This document shows, piece by piece, positions 15,314 through 26,255 of a DNA stretch of 64,000 nt. A program made the position numbers and the translations under genes. The DNA is taken from contig JBGASG010000001.1 in NCBI GenBank assembly GCA_044229845.1, positions 96,001-160,000 of the forward strand, written 5' to 3'. The notes under the pieces were generated by a model. That model searched no databases. It was not told the origin of the DNA and saw nothing but the letters and a program-made list of their open reading frames with translations. The DNA comes from Candidatus Obscuribacteraceae bacterium (GTDB lineage Bacteria > Cyanobacteriota > Vampirovibrionia > Obscuribacterales > Obscuribacteraceae). Each line of letters opens with the position of its first letter. Position 1 is the first letter of the stretch.

Positions 15314-17853
15314 AGTTGGTGGAAATCCTGCATGAGGTCTGCGGTTGAGCGGTCTGCCACTTCCCAGAGACTGAGAATCAGGTTAGGCATGCCAGCATAC
15401 ATTAAAGCGCGCGCCAGGCCCAGTATCTCGCCGCCGTCGGTGATCACGTTCACACCGGTCTGGCAGGCGGACAGCACCAGCAGCTTGCCGCAATGGGTGC
15501 GCAGCGCCTTGCCCTGCAGGATGCGGGCGGCGGTCAATATCGAGCCGTCCGCGAGAACTAAGCCGGAGGCTAGCGGTTCCTCCGGGTTGAACACGGCGTG
15601 CCCAGCGAAGTGCACGACCGGATACTTGTCGAAGTTGGACAAAAGACCATCCTTCACTTCCTGATTAGTGAGCAGCTTCGGTTCCTGCGCGTATTGCGAG
15701 GCGAGGCTGAATACTGTCTTGGCTTCTTCCAGTGTATAGCTCAAGTCTTCCAGTCCGGCTGCCGAACGCAGTCGCGAACTAAATACGATGCCGTTGTCGC
15801 GCGTCGCCGAGTAATCGCTGATGGCGCTGATTAAGTAACGGGACGCTTCCGACATTTGTTCGTCGTGCGTTGCTTGCATGAGAATCGGGATCAGGCTGAC
15901 CGTCGGCAGGTAGCTGAGGCTGTAGCGTTGCACCAGATAGCCGTTGCCGTCGTGCAGCGCAGCAAACGGAACCTTGTGCAAGTTGCCGTGCGGCACCATG
16001 ATCAGTTTGGTCACGCTCTCCGGCAGTGCTGCCACCAGTGGTGATACCAGTCGATTGAACAAGCGCTTGCAGATGCTGGTCGGAACTTCCCAGCCTTCGG
16101 TGGCGGACATCTCGAGAAAGTCGGCGACGTCATTGGCCAGCTTGCGCAGTTCTGTTTCGTCCATGATGATGTGCGTTGCCGGCTCGCCGCAATCTTTCCA
16201 GATGGCTGCCGACAGCATGAATTCACCGGTCCAGAAAAACTCCAGAATGGCCGTGTTGTCCGACAGCGGTTTGTGCGCGCCTTCTTGTTTCTTCCAGAGA
16301 TCTTTGACCTCATCAAAGGTCAAGGTGCTGGCCGACACCATGCTTGCATAATTAGGATGGCGACGCTTCAACTGATCGACCACTTCGCGCCATTCATTAT
16401 ATAGACGCGGAGCGTCTTCGGGAGAGATGGTCAAACCGCGGTGTCCGGTGGACGCGGTCGACTCGCCTTCGCCCATGCCCTGCCAGTAAATGCGTTCCAA
16501 ACGCGCGATCTGAGCGCTCAGCGCCTTCTCGCGATCGATCAGTTTGGCGATGGTATCATCTTCGGTGCCCTGCAACTCCGATATATCAATCGGTGAGTTG
16601 TTGAGCAAATCGAGAATCGCCCGAGATTTGGCTCTGCCGACATACTCCAGCGCGGCCACGCGCTTGCCGGCTTCCAGGCACAGCCGGATCATGTCACGAT
16701 AGATAGGTTGAGCGTTGGAAGCAAAGGAAGTCTTGAACGACTCCGAGACTTTGATGCGACTGCGTTGCAGTTCGAAGAGCGAAATAGCCGCATCTAAGTA
16801 ATCGTAAGCCGGGTCATACTTCCCAAGTTTGGCAAACGCGCGACCGACGTTGGCGAGATAGACTCGCTCTCCTAGTTTGTCGTTGATCGACTGTCCGATC
16901 TCCAGAGCCTGTTTGTATGAATCGAGCGCCTTCTCGATTTCGCCTTTCACCGTATGGCAGTCACCCAGCGTGTCCAGGTGAGCCGCTTCGGCGCGGCGGT
17001 CTTTGTTTTCACGGGCGAGCAGCAAGCCTCGTTGCGTCAGCTCCTGGGCTTTGTCCGGATCGCCCAGTTGCAGGTAAACATTGCCGAGGTTGCCGAGCCA
17101 GATGCCTTCACATATATAGTCGAGTCCGTGGGCGGTCTCCAGTGCTTGCTGGTAGCAGCGCACGGCCTGCTCGTAGCGTTCTTCCTGGAAGTGTACGAGA
17201 CCTTCGCTGGCCAGACATTTGGATTCGGCGCTCGGGTCGTTTTGCCGCCGGGCAATTTCAAATGCCTCGCGGTAGGACGAGAGCGCCTGTTCGTACTGCC
17301 CCAGTTCTGTCAGTGTGTTGCCCAGGTTGCCCAGCCAGGCAAACCGGTTGGGGCTTTCGGGCATTATCTCCAGCGACTGCCGGAAGCATTCCGATGCCGG
17401 TTCCATCCATCCGTAGTTGAGATATATAAGTCCAAGCTTGCCGGCTGCCACTTCGGCGGTCGACAGTTCACCACATTCGACTGCGGTATTGAGAGCACGC
17501 AGGAGTTGATCGACGGCTGCCTCATCGTTGCCGCAATCCAACTCCAGCTCAGCCAGGAGGAAACGGGCGTGCGCTTCAATGGGCGCCGCGCCGAACTCGA
17601 TCGCCAGGACTATGCTGAGATCGAGGTTTTCCCGCGCTTCATCGATGCGTCCCTGCTCGCGCTTCGCTAATGCGAGGTAGCTGAGGAAAAGCGCCTCAGC
17701 CAGGACATCTTCAAGCTCGCGGGCGATGGTGACCGCACGGAAATACGCTGCCTCGGCGTTTTTCCAGTGCCTGGCTTCAAGACCAGCCCAGCCAGCTTCA
17801 GAAGCTTGCTGCATCTGTCCTCTAAGCTCAATCTCCAACGATGGATCCCTCAT
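15196..17853 (-). CDS. TPR + CHAT (caspase-like) domain protease
   Basis: Multiple TPRs; VPHGNLHKVPFAAL, VHFAGHA (His), LVLSACQTG (Cys), SLWEVAD, WAPF. Confidence 0.92.
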   Translation of the reverse strand: MRDPSLEIELRGQMQQASEAGWAGLEARHWKNAEAAYFRAVTIARELEDVLAEALFLSYLALAKREQGRIDEARENLDLSIVLAIEFGAAPIEAHARFLLAELELDCGNDEAAVDQLLRALNTAVECGELSTAEVAAGKLGLIYLNYGWMEPASECFRQSLEIMPESPNRFAWLGNLGNTLTELGQYEQALSSYREAFEIARRQNDPSAESKCLASEGLVHFQEERYEQAVRCYQQALETAHGLDYICEGIWLGNLGNVYLQLGDPDKAQELTQRGLLLARENKDRRAEAAHLDTLGDCHTVKGEIEKALDSYKQALEIGQSINDKLGERVYLANVGRAFAKLGKYDPAYDYLDAAISLFELQRSRIKVSESFKTSFASNAQPIYRDMIRLCLEAGKRVAALEYVGRAKSRAILDLLNNSPIDISELQGTEDDTIAKLIDREKALSAQIARLERIYWQGMGEGESTASTGHRGLTISPEDAPRLYNEWREVVDQLKRRHPNYASMVSASTLTFDEVKDLWKKQEGAHKPLSDNTAILEFFWTGEFMLSAAIWKDCGEPATHIIMDETELRKLANDVADFLEMSATEGWEVPTSICKRLFNRLVSPLVAALPESVTKLIMVPHGNLHKVPFAALHDGNGYLVQRYSLSYLPTVSLIPILMQATHDEQMSEASRYLISAISDYSATRDNGIVFSSRLRSAAGLEDLSYTLEEAKTVFSLASQYAQEPKLLTNQEVKDGLLSNFDKYPVVHFAGHAVFNPEEPLASGLVLADGSILTAARILQGKALRTHCGKLLVLSACQTGVNVITDGGEILGLARALMYAGMPNLILSLWEVADRSTADLMQDFHQLWQAGKNSIPQALQQAQTKAVLAGAPIHAWAPFVHLGID

Positions 17854-18118
17854 GGGTTTCTCCAGGACTTCGATACCACTTTAGCCTGTCTGCACGCGCT
17901 TTGCGCAGTTTTTTGAGACTAGAGTGACCGGGCGGCAATCCGACTGTGCTCGCCTTAGTTCAGAACGCCCTGCCTGTAATGTTTTTGAGGATCACTGGCA
18001 GGATGCATGTATGTATCCGCAGCCCCCGGTTTTTGGACAGAACATTAAAACCTAAAAAGTGTTACGCCCGCGGTTTGCACCGCGGGCGAACGACCCACCG
18101 AAACTTAGTGAACGTCTT

Positions 18119-19258
18119 TTAGAAGGGACGGTTGTAATTACCCTGATAGGGAGGGTATTGGGCAACCGTTGCCGGCATACGGACTGGCTGGCTTTGAGCC
18201 ATATTTGCCGGCGGCGCAAACCGCTTCTTGGCTCCAGTGACTATCTGCCGCTTAGTGGAGGGCTGGGCAGTAGCTTTTGCTGGACTGGCGACGTTTTTTC
18301 TCCTCTTTGTGCCGTGAGTGATATAGGATCCGCCGAACCCTCCCGAGGAGAGCTGGCTTTTCTGGTGCCATTGACCAAATTTTGGTTTCCCGACCAGCGG
18401 GTTATTTGGTTTTTGGGTTGGACCGGAACCGGTGGTTCCGAATAAGAGATTCAAGGGGAATGGTGCCTGGCCTGCTCCAGAAGCTGGGTTGCCAGAAGGC
18501 GTCGTCATGTCCCCCGTGCTTGTTCCTGCGCCGCGCGTAGCACCGCCTGATAGGATGCGGTTCAACGCTGCTTCATCCTCTGCTGAAAGTATCGGTCCCT
18601 GGTTTTGCTGTTGCGGTGCACGTTGCATCGCCATCGGCATCATGGGTTGCGATACTGGTGGCATCATTGCCACCATTGGTTGTTGTTGGAACTGGGACTC
18701 CTGCAATGGTGCACCGTTGATCGGCATTGCTGCCAGGGCTGGTGCTTTCGCCATTACTTTTTGTACTGCCGCTTTCACGGGGCGAGCGATCGCTTCGTTT
18801 TTGGCGGCTCTGGCAGCCACTCCCGCCCACTGTTGATAGGGACTGGGTGCGGCATCTGCAGTCGGTTGCTGGAACGCGCAGATGCGTCCATTCAACTGAC
18901 TTTGTGGATCTAGTGACGCCTGTTGCGGCATCAAGCCTGTCGACATACTGTTGTCGAGTTGGGCGTATTGTGACACCAGGTCTTTCTGGCGCGGCAGCGA
19001 TCTGCCGGGCTGAAAGGCGCGGAGCATAACGGGTTTGTTAGCGATGGTCGCTGATTTGGCACCTTGGGTGGTGGCGCGCCGTGCCGAGGTATTTGTGATG
19101 ATCGGCTTTCTTTTGGCTGGTGCAACCTGAGTGGTGCTGGTCTGTTTGATCTCCGCCAAACTTGCTTTCAGCCAGTTACCGCTGCTTTCGTCAGCGGCAG
19201 CCGCGCATGGCACGGCAATCAGGTTTGCACCCAACAATAGGATTGAAGAGAGTTTCAT
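18119..19258 (-). CDS. Secreted low-complexity hypothetical protein
   Basis: Signal peptide; Gln/Pro/Ala-rich; 379 aa. Confidence 0.6.
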   Translation of the reverse strand: MKLSSILLLGANLIAVPCAAAADESSGNWLKASLAEIKQTSTTQVAPAKRKPIITNTSARRATTQGAKSATIANKPVMLRAFQPGRSLPRQKDLVSQYAQLDNSMSTGLMPQQASLDPQSQLNGRICAFQQPTADAAPSPYQQWAGVAARAAKNEAIARPVKAAVQKVMAKAPALAAMPINGAPLQESQFQQQPMVAMMPPVSQPMMPMAMQRAPQQQNQGPILSAEDEAALNRILSGGATRGAGTSTGDMTTPSGNPASGAGQAPFPLNLLFGTTGSGPTQKPNNPLVGKPKFGQWHQKSQLSSGGFGGSYITHGTKRRKNVASPAKATAQPSTKRQIVTGAKKRFAPPANMAQSQPVRMPATVAQYPPYQGNYNRPF

Positions 19259-19550
19259 TCAGCGAAGCGCGTTTTGTGGGACTTGTTTCCGGTTGTTTAT
19301 TGGTCCGCACCGACATGTCGTGAGGCGACGTTCGTTGTTCGGTGTAGCAGTTACTTTACGGATTGGGTCGGGTTATGTCACTGGGAGAACTACGCATCGA
19401 GGGCTATGCGAACTTGGATGGCATGGGATTTACACCACTGGGGCGGTCCAACCCTCATCTGGAGCGGGTTTCAGCGAGGTTGTATTTGCCTAATCAGGCG
19501 TTTATCCTCCTTACAACCTGAAACAATCAGCAATTCAGGTTTACAAGGGC

Positions 19551-20234
19551 TCAGTCCCAGACGAGGCGATATCCAACACCCCGCACAGTCAATATATGCT
19601 TCGGGTGACTGGGGTCCTGTTCCAGTTTCTCGCGCAAATAGCGGATATGCACGTCCACCGTGCGGCTCTCGCCGAGGAAGTTGGATCCCCAGACCTGCGA
19701 GAACAGCTGGTCGCGCGTGAAGACGCGATTGGGATGGCGCGCCATGGTGGCAAGCAACTCGAACTCTTTATAGGTGAGGTCGATCAACTGTTCGCCGACT
19801 TTCACAGTGCGGCTGTCCAGATCGATATAGAGACTGCCGTACTTGATTGTGCGATTGCTCGCCTTATCGGGCGGCGTGTCGCGCAGGTGCGCTTTGACCC
19901 GCGCCACCAGCTCGCGCAGGCGCACCGGTTTGGCAATGTAGTCGTTGGCGCCCAGTTCCAGCCCGACCACCGTATCCACTTCGCTGGTGCGCGCCGTCAG
20001 CATGAGAATCGGCGTCTTCTTGTCGCTCGACCTGACGCGCCGGCAGACCTCGTAGCCATCGATGCCGGGCATCATTAAATCCAGGATAATCAAATCAGGG
20101 CGCTGATTCTCGATCAGCTCGATGGCTTTGAATCCATCGTGAGCAAGCAGCGTGGAGAAACCCTCTTGCTTCAGAACATATTGAATGGAATTCGCGATAT
20201 CTACTTCATCATCAACGATGAGGATGCTTTTCAT
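19551..20234 (-). CDS. OmpR/PhoB-family response regulator (no adjacent kinase)
   Basis: REC domain (ILIVDDE, LDLMMP, GANDYIAKP) + wHTH (RTVDVHIRYLREKLE, TVRGVGY). Confidence 0.95.
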   Translation of the reverse strand: MKSILIVDDEVDIANSIQYVLKQEGFSTLLAHDGFKAIELIENQRPDLIILDLMMPGIDGYEVCRRVRSSDKKTPILMLTARTSEVDTVVGLELGANDYIAKPVRLRELVARVKAHLRDTPPDKASNRTIKYGSLYIDLDSRTVKVGEQLIDLTYKEFELLATMARHPNRVFTRDQLFSQVWGSNFLGESRTVDVHIRYLREKLEQDPSHPKHILTVRGVGYRLVWD

Positions 20235-20305
20235 GTGGTTGGTCGTGCGCCTTCCTAACCTCTAGACGGCTTTCATAGTATCATCGAGCGTAGGAAGAAG
20301 GGAAA

Positions 20306-21466
20306 ATGCGGAAACCGACAATCTTGGCAGCCGCCGCCATGGCGCTTCTGGTGACGACTGTCAGTGCAGCATTTCAGACTGTTCAGGCCGCTCCGGCTGG
20401 CAAGCCCGGTGGGCTTTTTGCCGGCTTTGCGCCCTATCCGCCCATGATCACGCCCATCAGAATTGGGCTGAAGCCGCATGCGACCATGGCGCGCTTCGCT
20501 GTCTGGGCGCCGGGCTTTGTTTTTGTCGACGGGCAGCCCGTCTTTCCGCTGCAACCGATGACGGTTTACACAATCACCGGCGGTCGCATCGTCGGTCCCG
20601 GTGGACAAAGCTTCCAGTTGCCGATGGACAGGCGCTCGCACGTGACCGCGCGTGATTACAGAATCTGGACCAACAACCACTGGTATCGCGGCGGGCTTGA
20701 GTTGATCAGTTTTGGCAGTTCGGTGAGCGTTCTGAATTTGCTGGATATGGAAGATTACTTGCTCGGTGTCGTGCCTTCTGAGATGCCCTCCAGCTGGCAC
20801 ATCGAAGCATTGAAAGCGCAGGCGGTGGCAGCGCGCAGTTATGCGTGGGCGCACATCGGCTCGGGCTCCAAATGGCGCGCCGAGGGCTATGACTTGAAAC
20901 CCGACGTATCCGATCAGGCATACAACGGATTGGCTGCCGAAGCGAACAGCACCTACAACGCGGTGCAATCCACGCGCGGCATGATTCTCAAAGATTCAGG
21001 ACGCGTCAAGCCCGGCTTCTACCGCGCCTGGGTCGGTGATGCCATGGAGAACCTCAATATTCGCACGCAGCGGGTTCCGAAGGCTCAGCTGGAGAAAATC
21101 ACCGGTGTCTCCGACATTGTCGGTGTTACCGTCAAGCAATTCGATCCCTACGGCAGCGCGCATAACGTGCAGATCATGGGCACCAAAAAGACGCGCGATG
21201 TCTACGGCAAAGCGCTCGCGCAGATGCTTGGGCTGCAAACTGCCGGCATTCTGGACGCACATGAGGAAGGCGACACCTGGCTCTTCACTTATCGAGGTCC
21301 AGGCAATGGTGCTCGCGGACTGAGCCAGCACGGAGCCAACATGCTGGCAAAAAACGGCTGGCGTTTCGACCAGATTTTGCAGCAGTACTACCAGGACGCT
21401 GATGGGCAGCTGCGCCTGGATTACATGAACAATTACCGGTCGTCGACGGCTCAGAAGTCTATATAG
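20306..21466 (+). CDS. SpoIID/LytB domain protein
   Basis: YRG, EDYLLGVVPSEM, EALKAQAVAARSYA, GLSQHGA...ILQQYY. Confidence 0.88.
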   Translation: MRKPTILAAAAMALLVTTVSAAFQTVQAAPAGKPGGLFAGFAPYPPMITPIRIGLKPHATMARFAVWAPGFVFVDGQPVFPLQPMTVYTITGGRIVGPGGQSFQLPMDRRSHVTARDYRIWTNNHWYRGGLELISFGSSVSVLNLLDMEDYLLGVVPSEMPSSWHIEALKAQAVAARSYAWAHIGSGSKWRAEGYDLKPDVSDQAYNGLAAEANSTYNAVQSTRGMILKDSGRVKPGFYRAWVGDAMENLNIRTQRVPKAQLEKITGVSDIVGVTVKQFDPYGSAHNVQIMGTKKTRDVYGKALAQMLGLQTAGILDAHEEGDTWLFTYRGPGNGARGLSQHGANMLAKNGWRFDQILQQYYQDADGQLRLDYMNNYRSSTAQKSI

Positions 21467-21507
21467 TCGCGCTTTGGAACTGAAACTACACACATCCGTC
21501 CTGCTCG

Positions 21508-22194
21508 ATGGAAGAGGCGGAGGAAGAAACGTTCATGCGGGATTCAGTCAGATTTGTTTTGCCGGCACTACTGATGTGGGCGGCGGTCGTGGGCATCAAT
21601 CCATCGTTTGCCGCCGGTGCGGCAGCCGGTGGAGTCGCTCCCTCTGGCGGTGGCATCACCTCCAACATGGGTGTCGGTCCATCAGGTCCCACGGGCAACG
21701 CCTCGTTCGCTTTTCCAACGGCCATCCCGGGACAGTCTCAGGGTGTAGGTCCTGCGGGACCGCCAGGCAATAGCACCGGTCTGCCTGCGCAAACCAATGC
21801 CGGTTTCCCCAACCAGACTACAGTTGGAATTCAGAGAAACAATGCAGGTTTCGGTTTCTCAACTCAGGCATTCGGGTTCGCGCTCAACGGCTGGAACGGC
21901 TACGGTTTCTTTCCGTATGCGCCCACGGATGACGACCTGCTCAAACAGCGGTTAAAGGAGGCTGTGCGCGCTAGAGAAACGGCACCGCAAGCGATGCCGC
22001 TCACCACTTCCATACAACATCGTGGTGCAAAAGTGGTGGCGATCAAAGAACAGGTCATCAATGGACAGGTCGTGCGCAGCGAAGGCACGATGATTCAAGA
22101 GTACTCGCCGCGACCCTCATCGCGCATGGCTGTGCGACCGACCACCAGAACACTTGCGCGGACTATCCCGAAGAAGCATTGCAACTGTAAGTAG
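21508..22194 (+). CDS. Secreted Gly/Pro-rich hypothetical protein
   Basis: Signal peptide after Met 21535; low complexity. Confidence 0.55.
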   Translation: MEEAEEETFMRDSVRFVLPALLMWAAVVGINPSFAAGAAAGGVAPSGGGITSNMGVGPSGPTGNASFAFPTAIPGQSQGVGPAGPPGNSTGLPAQTNAGFPNQTTVGIQRNNAGFGFSTQAFGFALNGWNGYGFFPYAPTDDDLLKQRLKEAVRARETAPQAMPLTTSIQHRGAKVVAIKEQVINGQVVRSEGTMIQEYSPRPSSRMAVRPTTRTLARTIPKKHCNCK

Positions 22195-22195
22195 A

Positions 22196-24601
22196 TCAGG
22201 GTGTCGCTGACTTTGTCGCCGTCTGCTCTGTGGGGATGCGTGGTTGCAAGATATTGAATTGCCGTGTCCATGCCGGTGGACGAGCCTGTGTGTTGCTCAG
22301 CATGCGCTGCCAATCGATGTCTGATACCGGTTCGCCGGAAAACTCGTAGTAAGAGTAGACGGCGCCGCGTGCCAGGGTCCACTCGCCCGTGCGCGGATTT
22401 TGAACGATCACATGCAGGTAGCCGGGCCTGCCGAGGGCGATGTTGAACCCGGCACCGGGATGCTGTCTCGTCTGAGGATCGATGGTGCCGCCGGCGAAAG
22501 GCAGCACTGTCGGTAGTGGCACGTCGACTTTGTCCAGAACCATGTCGATATTGCCGAGCAGGGCTTTGTCGGCCGCTGCCATCGGTCGTCCGGTGCTTTG
22601 CGCCTCCGCGATGGCTTGCAGGCGAGCGCTGAGGCGCACGAAGTCGGCAAAGCGATGTTTTTGATATGGCTGCAGATATCCCAGTTCGGTGAGAGCCTTC
22701 ATGAGCTGATTGGCATCAGCTTGAATGGACGCGAACATGGCGGCGTCCGGCTCCAGCACGTGGTAGTCGGTCGGACCCTGGCGGGGTTTCACCGCCGCGG
22801 GCGTGCCGGGCGCGCCAGCCGCCGCCGGCTGAGCGGACTGTGCAGGTGGGGCGGACTGCGCATGGGACTGTTGAGCCTGTCCCGACGCCGACGCCGGAGC
22901 CTGTCCAAGTGCCGATGCCTGATGGGCGACCGGGGCTCTGGTGGAGGTAGCGGCAGCGCCTGGCGGCACTTCCGCCTTGAGCGGGGCGGTGACGCCACCG
23001 ACAGTTGCGGTCGAAACCGCCGGCGGTGCGATTAAAGTTACGCTGGCCAACCATGCGGCGTAGGCGCTCTCCAGCCTGTGTGTCAGCCAGAGATCGCCGC
23101 GCAAGGCTGCTTGCGTCGCATCTGGAAATCCGCGGAAGTAATTGGCAAAAAGCATCCAGCGGCGCGAGGGAATCGCCTTTGAATCGCCGGAGTTTTTCTC
23201 CACGATTGACCTGAAAAGTTCGCCGTATGTTTTGTTGAAACCGGGGTCGAGCGTGCCCGGATTCTCGGCCAATATGTTGACCGCTTGCGGCGCTCCCCAG
23301 GCGGAGAGGTCGGCGAGACAGACGGGAAACCAGGTGCCGCCTTCTTGTTCGGACGGATAGATGCGAGCGACGGACTGCATCCACTCGATTTCCGGATCGC
23401 CGGTGATTGGAAACAGGCGAAACACTGCCGACGCCTCACGAGCCGAACTGTTGCCGCTCATGTCGAAGATTGATGTGGAGCCGAGATTGACTGGCTTTTG
23501 TCTGCGCACCGCCAGTAGTAGCTTGGTGCGATAAAACGGTTCGGACAATCCGTTGAGAGTATCGCGCAGGTTGTTGGCGTCGTTTTTGAAAACCGTCTTG
23601 TAGTCGGTGGGATAAAGCACGCGATCTCGCCAGGTCAGAGGCTCGGGCGCCAAAAGTGCCAGCTCTTTCTTGATGCGTTCCCACTGATCCAGCGCCGGTT
23701 TGCCGTCGACGCGTCCCAGTTCGAGCGCCCGAAACAGCAACACCGACCGGCGAAAGCTGTTGCTCTTGTTGGTGCTCATGCCGGCGTTGATGTCCGATAT
23801 GGGAAACGACATGCGCGACAGCCATTCGCGAGCCTTATAGAAGTTGCCCAGTTTCTCGGAGCTCTTGTACCAGCCGACAGGGCGAAACCTTTTCATATCT
23901 TCTTCGCGGTCGAAGATGTCCGAGATTCCTTTGTTGCCGGAGTGGATGTTGCGCAGGTCGTGTTCTACCAGAGTGCGCACGCGCCCCAGGTTGAGCATTT
24001 CGAAGCCGGGGTCGAGCAACTTGATGGCGACGCCGAGAAAGGCGATGTTCTTTTCGATGTCCTCGCGCACTTCCTTGTCGTCGGTGCCGTTGTAATCGAT
24101 GGCTGATTGTTCGAGCATAGCGACCAGAAGATGCTTGAGGTCTGGCGCGAAATGCTTTTCGGTCGAATCGGCCAGCACCCGATTGGTGAAGGCTATGTAT
24201 GGATGCAAAATGCAGTCGGTGGTGACGAAGTTGGCTTTGCCGGCGAGTCGATTGTCTCTGTACAGATCCGCCATGCGGGTGTGTTTGGGATCGTTGACGA
24301 TGACGAAATTGTTGAATCCCAGTGTGTCGACGGTTTTGGAAGCCAATCCCGGAATCTTCACGCCATGCAGCGTGACGGGGGTGACGTAGGTGGTGCCCGT
24401 TGTTGCCGGCTTCAAAAACTCTTCGATGCCGCTGGTGTGTTTCTCAAAGTCGATCGGTGCAGGTTGTCGCCCTTGCAAGTTGTAGGGCAGCTTCTGACCT
24501 TCGAAAACATCTGCTCGCGCCGGCGTCTGCATCTGCACCGGCAGTTGCACGCCGAGTGTGGCGGCAACGACCAGGTAGATGGGCAGACGTGATTTGATCA
24601 T
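22196..24601 (-). CDS. DUF3160-like secreted protein
   Basis: FVTTDCILH near N-terminus and LARGAVYSYYEF...WQ...PAW C-terminus; ATGA overlap with serA. Confidence 0.7.
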   Translation of the reverse strand: MIKSRLPIYLVVAATLGVQLPVQMQTPARADVFEGQKLPYNLQGRQPAPIDFEKHTSGIEEFLKPATTGTTYVTPVTLHGVKIPGLASKTVDTLGFNNFVIVNDPKHTRMADLYRDNRLAGKANFVTTDCILHPYIAFTNRVLADSTEKHFAPDLKHLLVAMLEQSAIDYNGTDDKEVREDIEKNIAFLGVAIKLLDPGFEMLNLGRVRTLVEHDLRNIHSGNKGISDIFDREEDMKRFRPVGWYKSSEKLGNFYKAREWLSRMSFPISDINAGMSTNKSNSFRRSVLLFRALELGRVDGKPALDQWERIKKELALLAPEPLTWRDRVLYPTDYKTVFKNDANNLRDTLNGLSEPFYRTKLLLAVRRQKPVNLGSTSIFDMSGNSSAREASAVFRLFPITGDPEIEWMQSVARIYPSEQEGGTWFPVCLADLSAWGAPQAVNILAENPGTLDPGFNKTYGELFRSIVEKNSGDSKAIPSRRWMLFANYFRGFPDATQAALRGDLWLTHRLESAYAAWLASVTLIAPPAVSTATVGGVTAPLKAEVPPGAAATSTRAPVAHQASALGQAPASASGQAQQSHAQSAPPAQSAQPAAAGAPGTPAAVKPRQGPTDYHVLEPDAAMFASIQADANQLMKALTELGYLQPYQKHRFADFVRLSARLQAIAEAQSTGRPMAAADKALLGNIDMVLDKVDVPLPTVLPFAGGTIDPQTRQHPGAGFNIALGRPGYLHVIVQNPRTGEWTLARGAVYSYYEFSGEPVSDIDWQRMLSNTQARPPAWTRQFNILQPRIPTEQTATKSATP

Positions 24602-26241
24602 TTGATAAAGTCGAGGGCGACGAAGCGCGCCATGTTTATGCCGTCGGCGTCGTTTAGTTCCGTGACCAGCACTGGATTGAGCGGATCATCAAGGGTCATC
24701 ACCATCACCGCTTCCTCGCGGGCATTCTTGCGGGCCACAGACATGGTGCTGATGTTGATGTCGAAGGCGCCCAGTATACCGGCAACCTTGGCTACCATGC
24801 CAGGCTGATCGCGGTGACTGGTGAAGAGCATGTACTTGTGCGGCATCAGGTTGATCGGGAATTCATTAATTCTGGTTATGATTGGCTCGTCCTGCGCCAG
24901 CAGCGTGCCACTTATGGTCGACGTCGATCTCTCGGCGACAACGCGAATGCCCAGCTCGCCTTTGTCGTCGACGCTCTGGCGATCGTCCGATTTTGTTTCG
25001 CGCACTTGAATCCCGTGGTTTTTTGCCACCAGCATCGAGTTGACGTAGGTGACGCCTTCGATTTTAGAAGCGAATACGCCGCGCAGCGCCGCCACCACTA
25101 GCGGTGCGACATCCTTTTGGGCCAGGCTGCCGCTGGCGACCACTTCGACTTCCTTGACGTTTCCTTCGCAAAGCTCGCTGGCGATGGCGCCCATGGTTTC
25201 TGCCAGGAAAATGAACCGTCCAAGCAGCGCCACGATTTCGGGACGCATGTAGGGCATGTTGACGGGGCTGCGCACCACGCCGCCGGTCAGATAATCGCGA
25301 ATCTGCTCAGCCAGATCTATGGCGACGTTGAACTGCGCCTCCACCGTGGAGGCTCCCAGGTGTGGCGTCAAAATTACCTTGTCGCCAAGCTCGGAGAGGG
25401 TCTTGTCGGCGGGCGGCTCCTGCTCGAAAACATCCAACGCCGCCGCTGCCACGCGACCATCGCGAATGGCCTCCGCCAGTGCTTTTTCATCGATGATGCC
25501 ACCGCGCGCGGTGTTGACGATGCGCACGCCCGGCTTAACCTTTTGCAGCACCTGCTCGTTGATCAAGCTGGTGGTCTCGCGCGTCTTCGGTGTGTGGATT
25601 GTGATGTAATCAGCCTTGGCCCATATCTCATCCAGCCCGACGCTGGTGATGTTCAAGCGTGCAGCACGTTCGGCGCTGATCAACGGGTCGTAACCGAGCA
25701 CTTTCATGCCCACGCCCTGGGCGGCTTGCGCCACGCGGCTGCCGACTTTGCCCAGCCCGATCACGCCTAAAGTCTTGTTGAACAATTCGCTGCCCAGAAA
25801 ACGGTTGCGCTCCCACTTGCCGCTTTTCATAGAAGCGTCGGCCGCCGGTATCAGGCGTGCCATGGAAAACATGAGGGCGACCGCATGCTCTGCGGCGCTT
25901 GCCGTGTTGCCTTCCGGCGAGTTGACGACGACGATACCAGCTTCGGTGGCGGCATTCAGGTCGATGTTGTCGACTCCGACGCCGGCTCGCCCGATCAACT
26001 TGAGTTTCTTCCCATGCTTGATCACATCAGCCGTGATTTTAGATCGACTGCGCACCAGCACCGCATCGACACCGGCGATTTCATTGAGCAACTGCTCCGG
26101 CGTCACATCCGGCTTGTAGACTACATCGAGCGCGGCGCTCATAATGTCCAGTCCTTCTTTGCTGATTTCATCGGCTACGAGAACGGTGGGCATGGAGTTG
26201 GTTCCTTGTTTCTGGTCTTTATCTTTCGTCTTGGTTTGCAT
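24598..26241 (-). CDS. serA: D-3-phosphoglycerate dehydrogenase
   Basis: RAGVGVDNID, GLGKVG, NTARGG, TPHLGAST, C-terminal ACT domain (DQPGMVAKV). Confidence 0.96.
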   Translation of the reverse strand: MQTKTKDKDQKQGTNSMPTVLVADEISKEGLDIMSAALDVVYKPDVTPEQLLNEIAGVDAVLVRSRSKITADVIKHGKKLKLIGRAGVGVDNIDLNAATEAGIVVVNSPEGNTASAAEHAVALMFSMARLIPAADASMKSGKWERNRFLGSELFNKTLGVIGLGKVGSRVAQAAQGVGMKVLGYDPLISAERAARLNITSVGLDEIWAKADYITIHTPKTRETTSLINEQVLQKVKPGVRIVNTARGGIIDEKALAEAIRDGRVAAAALDVFEQEPPADKTLSELGDKVILTPHLGASTVEAQFNVAIDLAEQIRDYLTGGVVRSPVNMPYMRPEIVALLGRFIFLAETMGAIASELCEGNVKEVEVVASGSLAQKDVAPLVVAALRGVFASKIEGVTYVNSMLVAKNHGIQVRETKSDDRQSVDDKGELGIRVVAERSTSTISGTLLAQDEPIITRINEFPINLMPHKYMLFTSHRDQPGMVAKVAGILGAFDINISTMSVARKNAREEAVMVMTLDDPLNPVLVTELNDADGINMARFVALDFIK

Positions 26242-26255
26242 CGTCAGTTTTTCTT

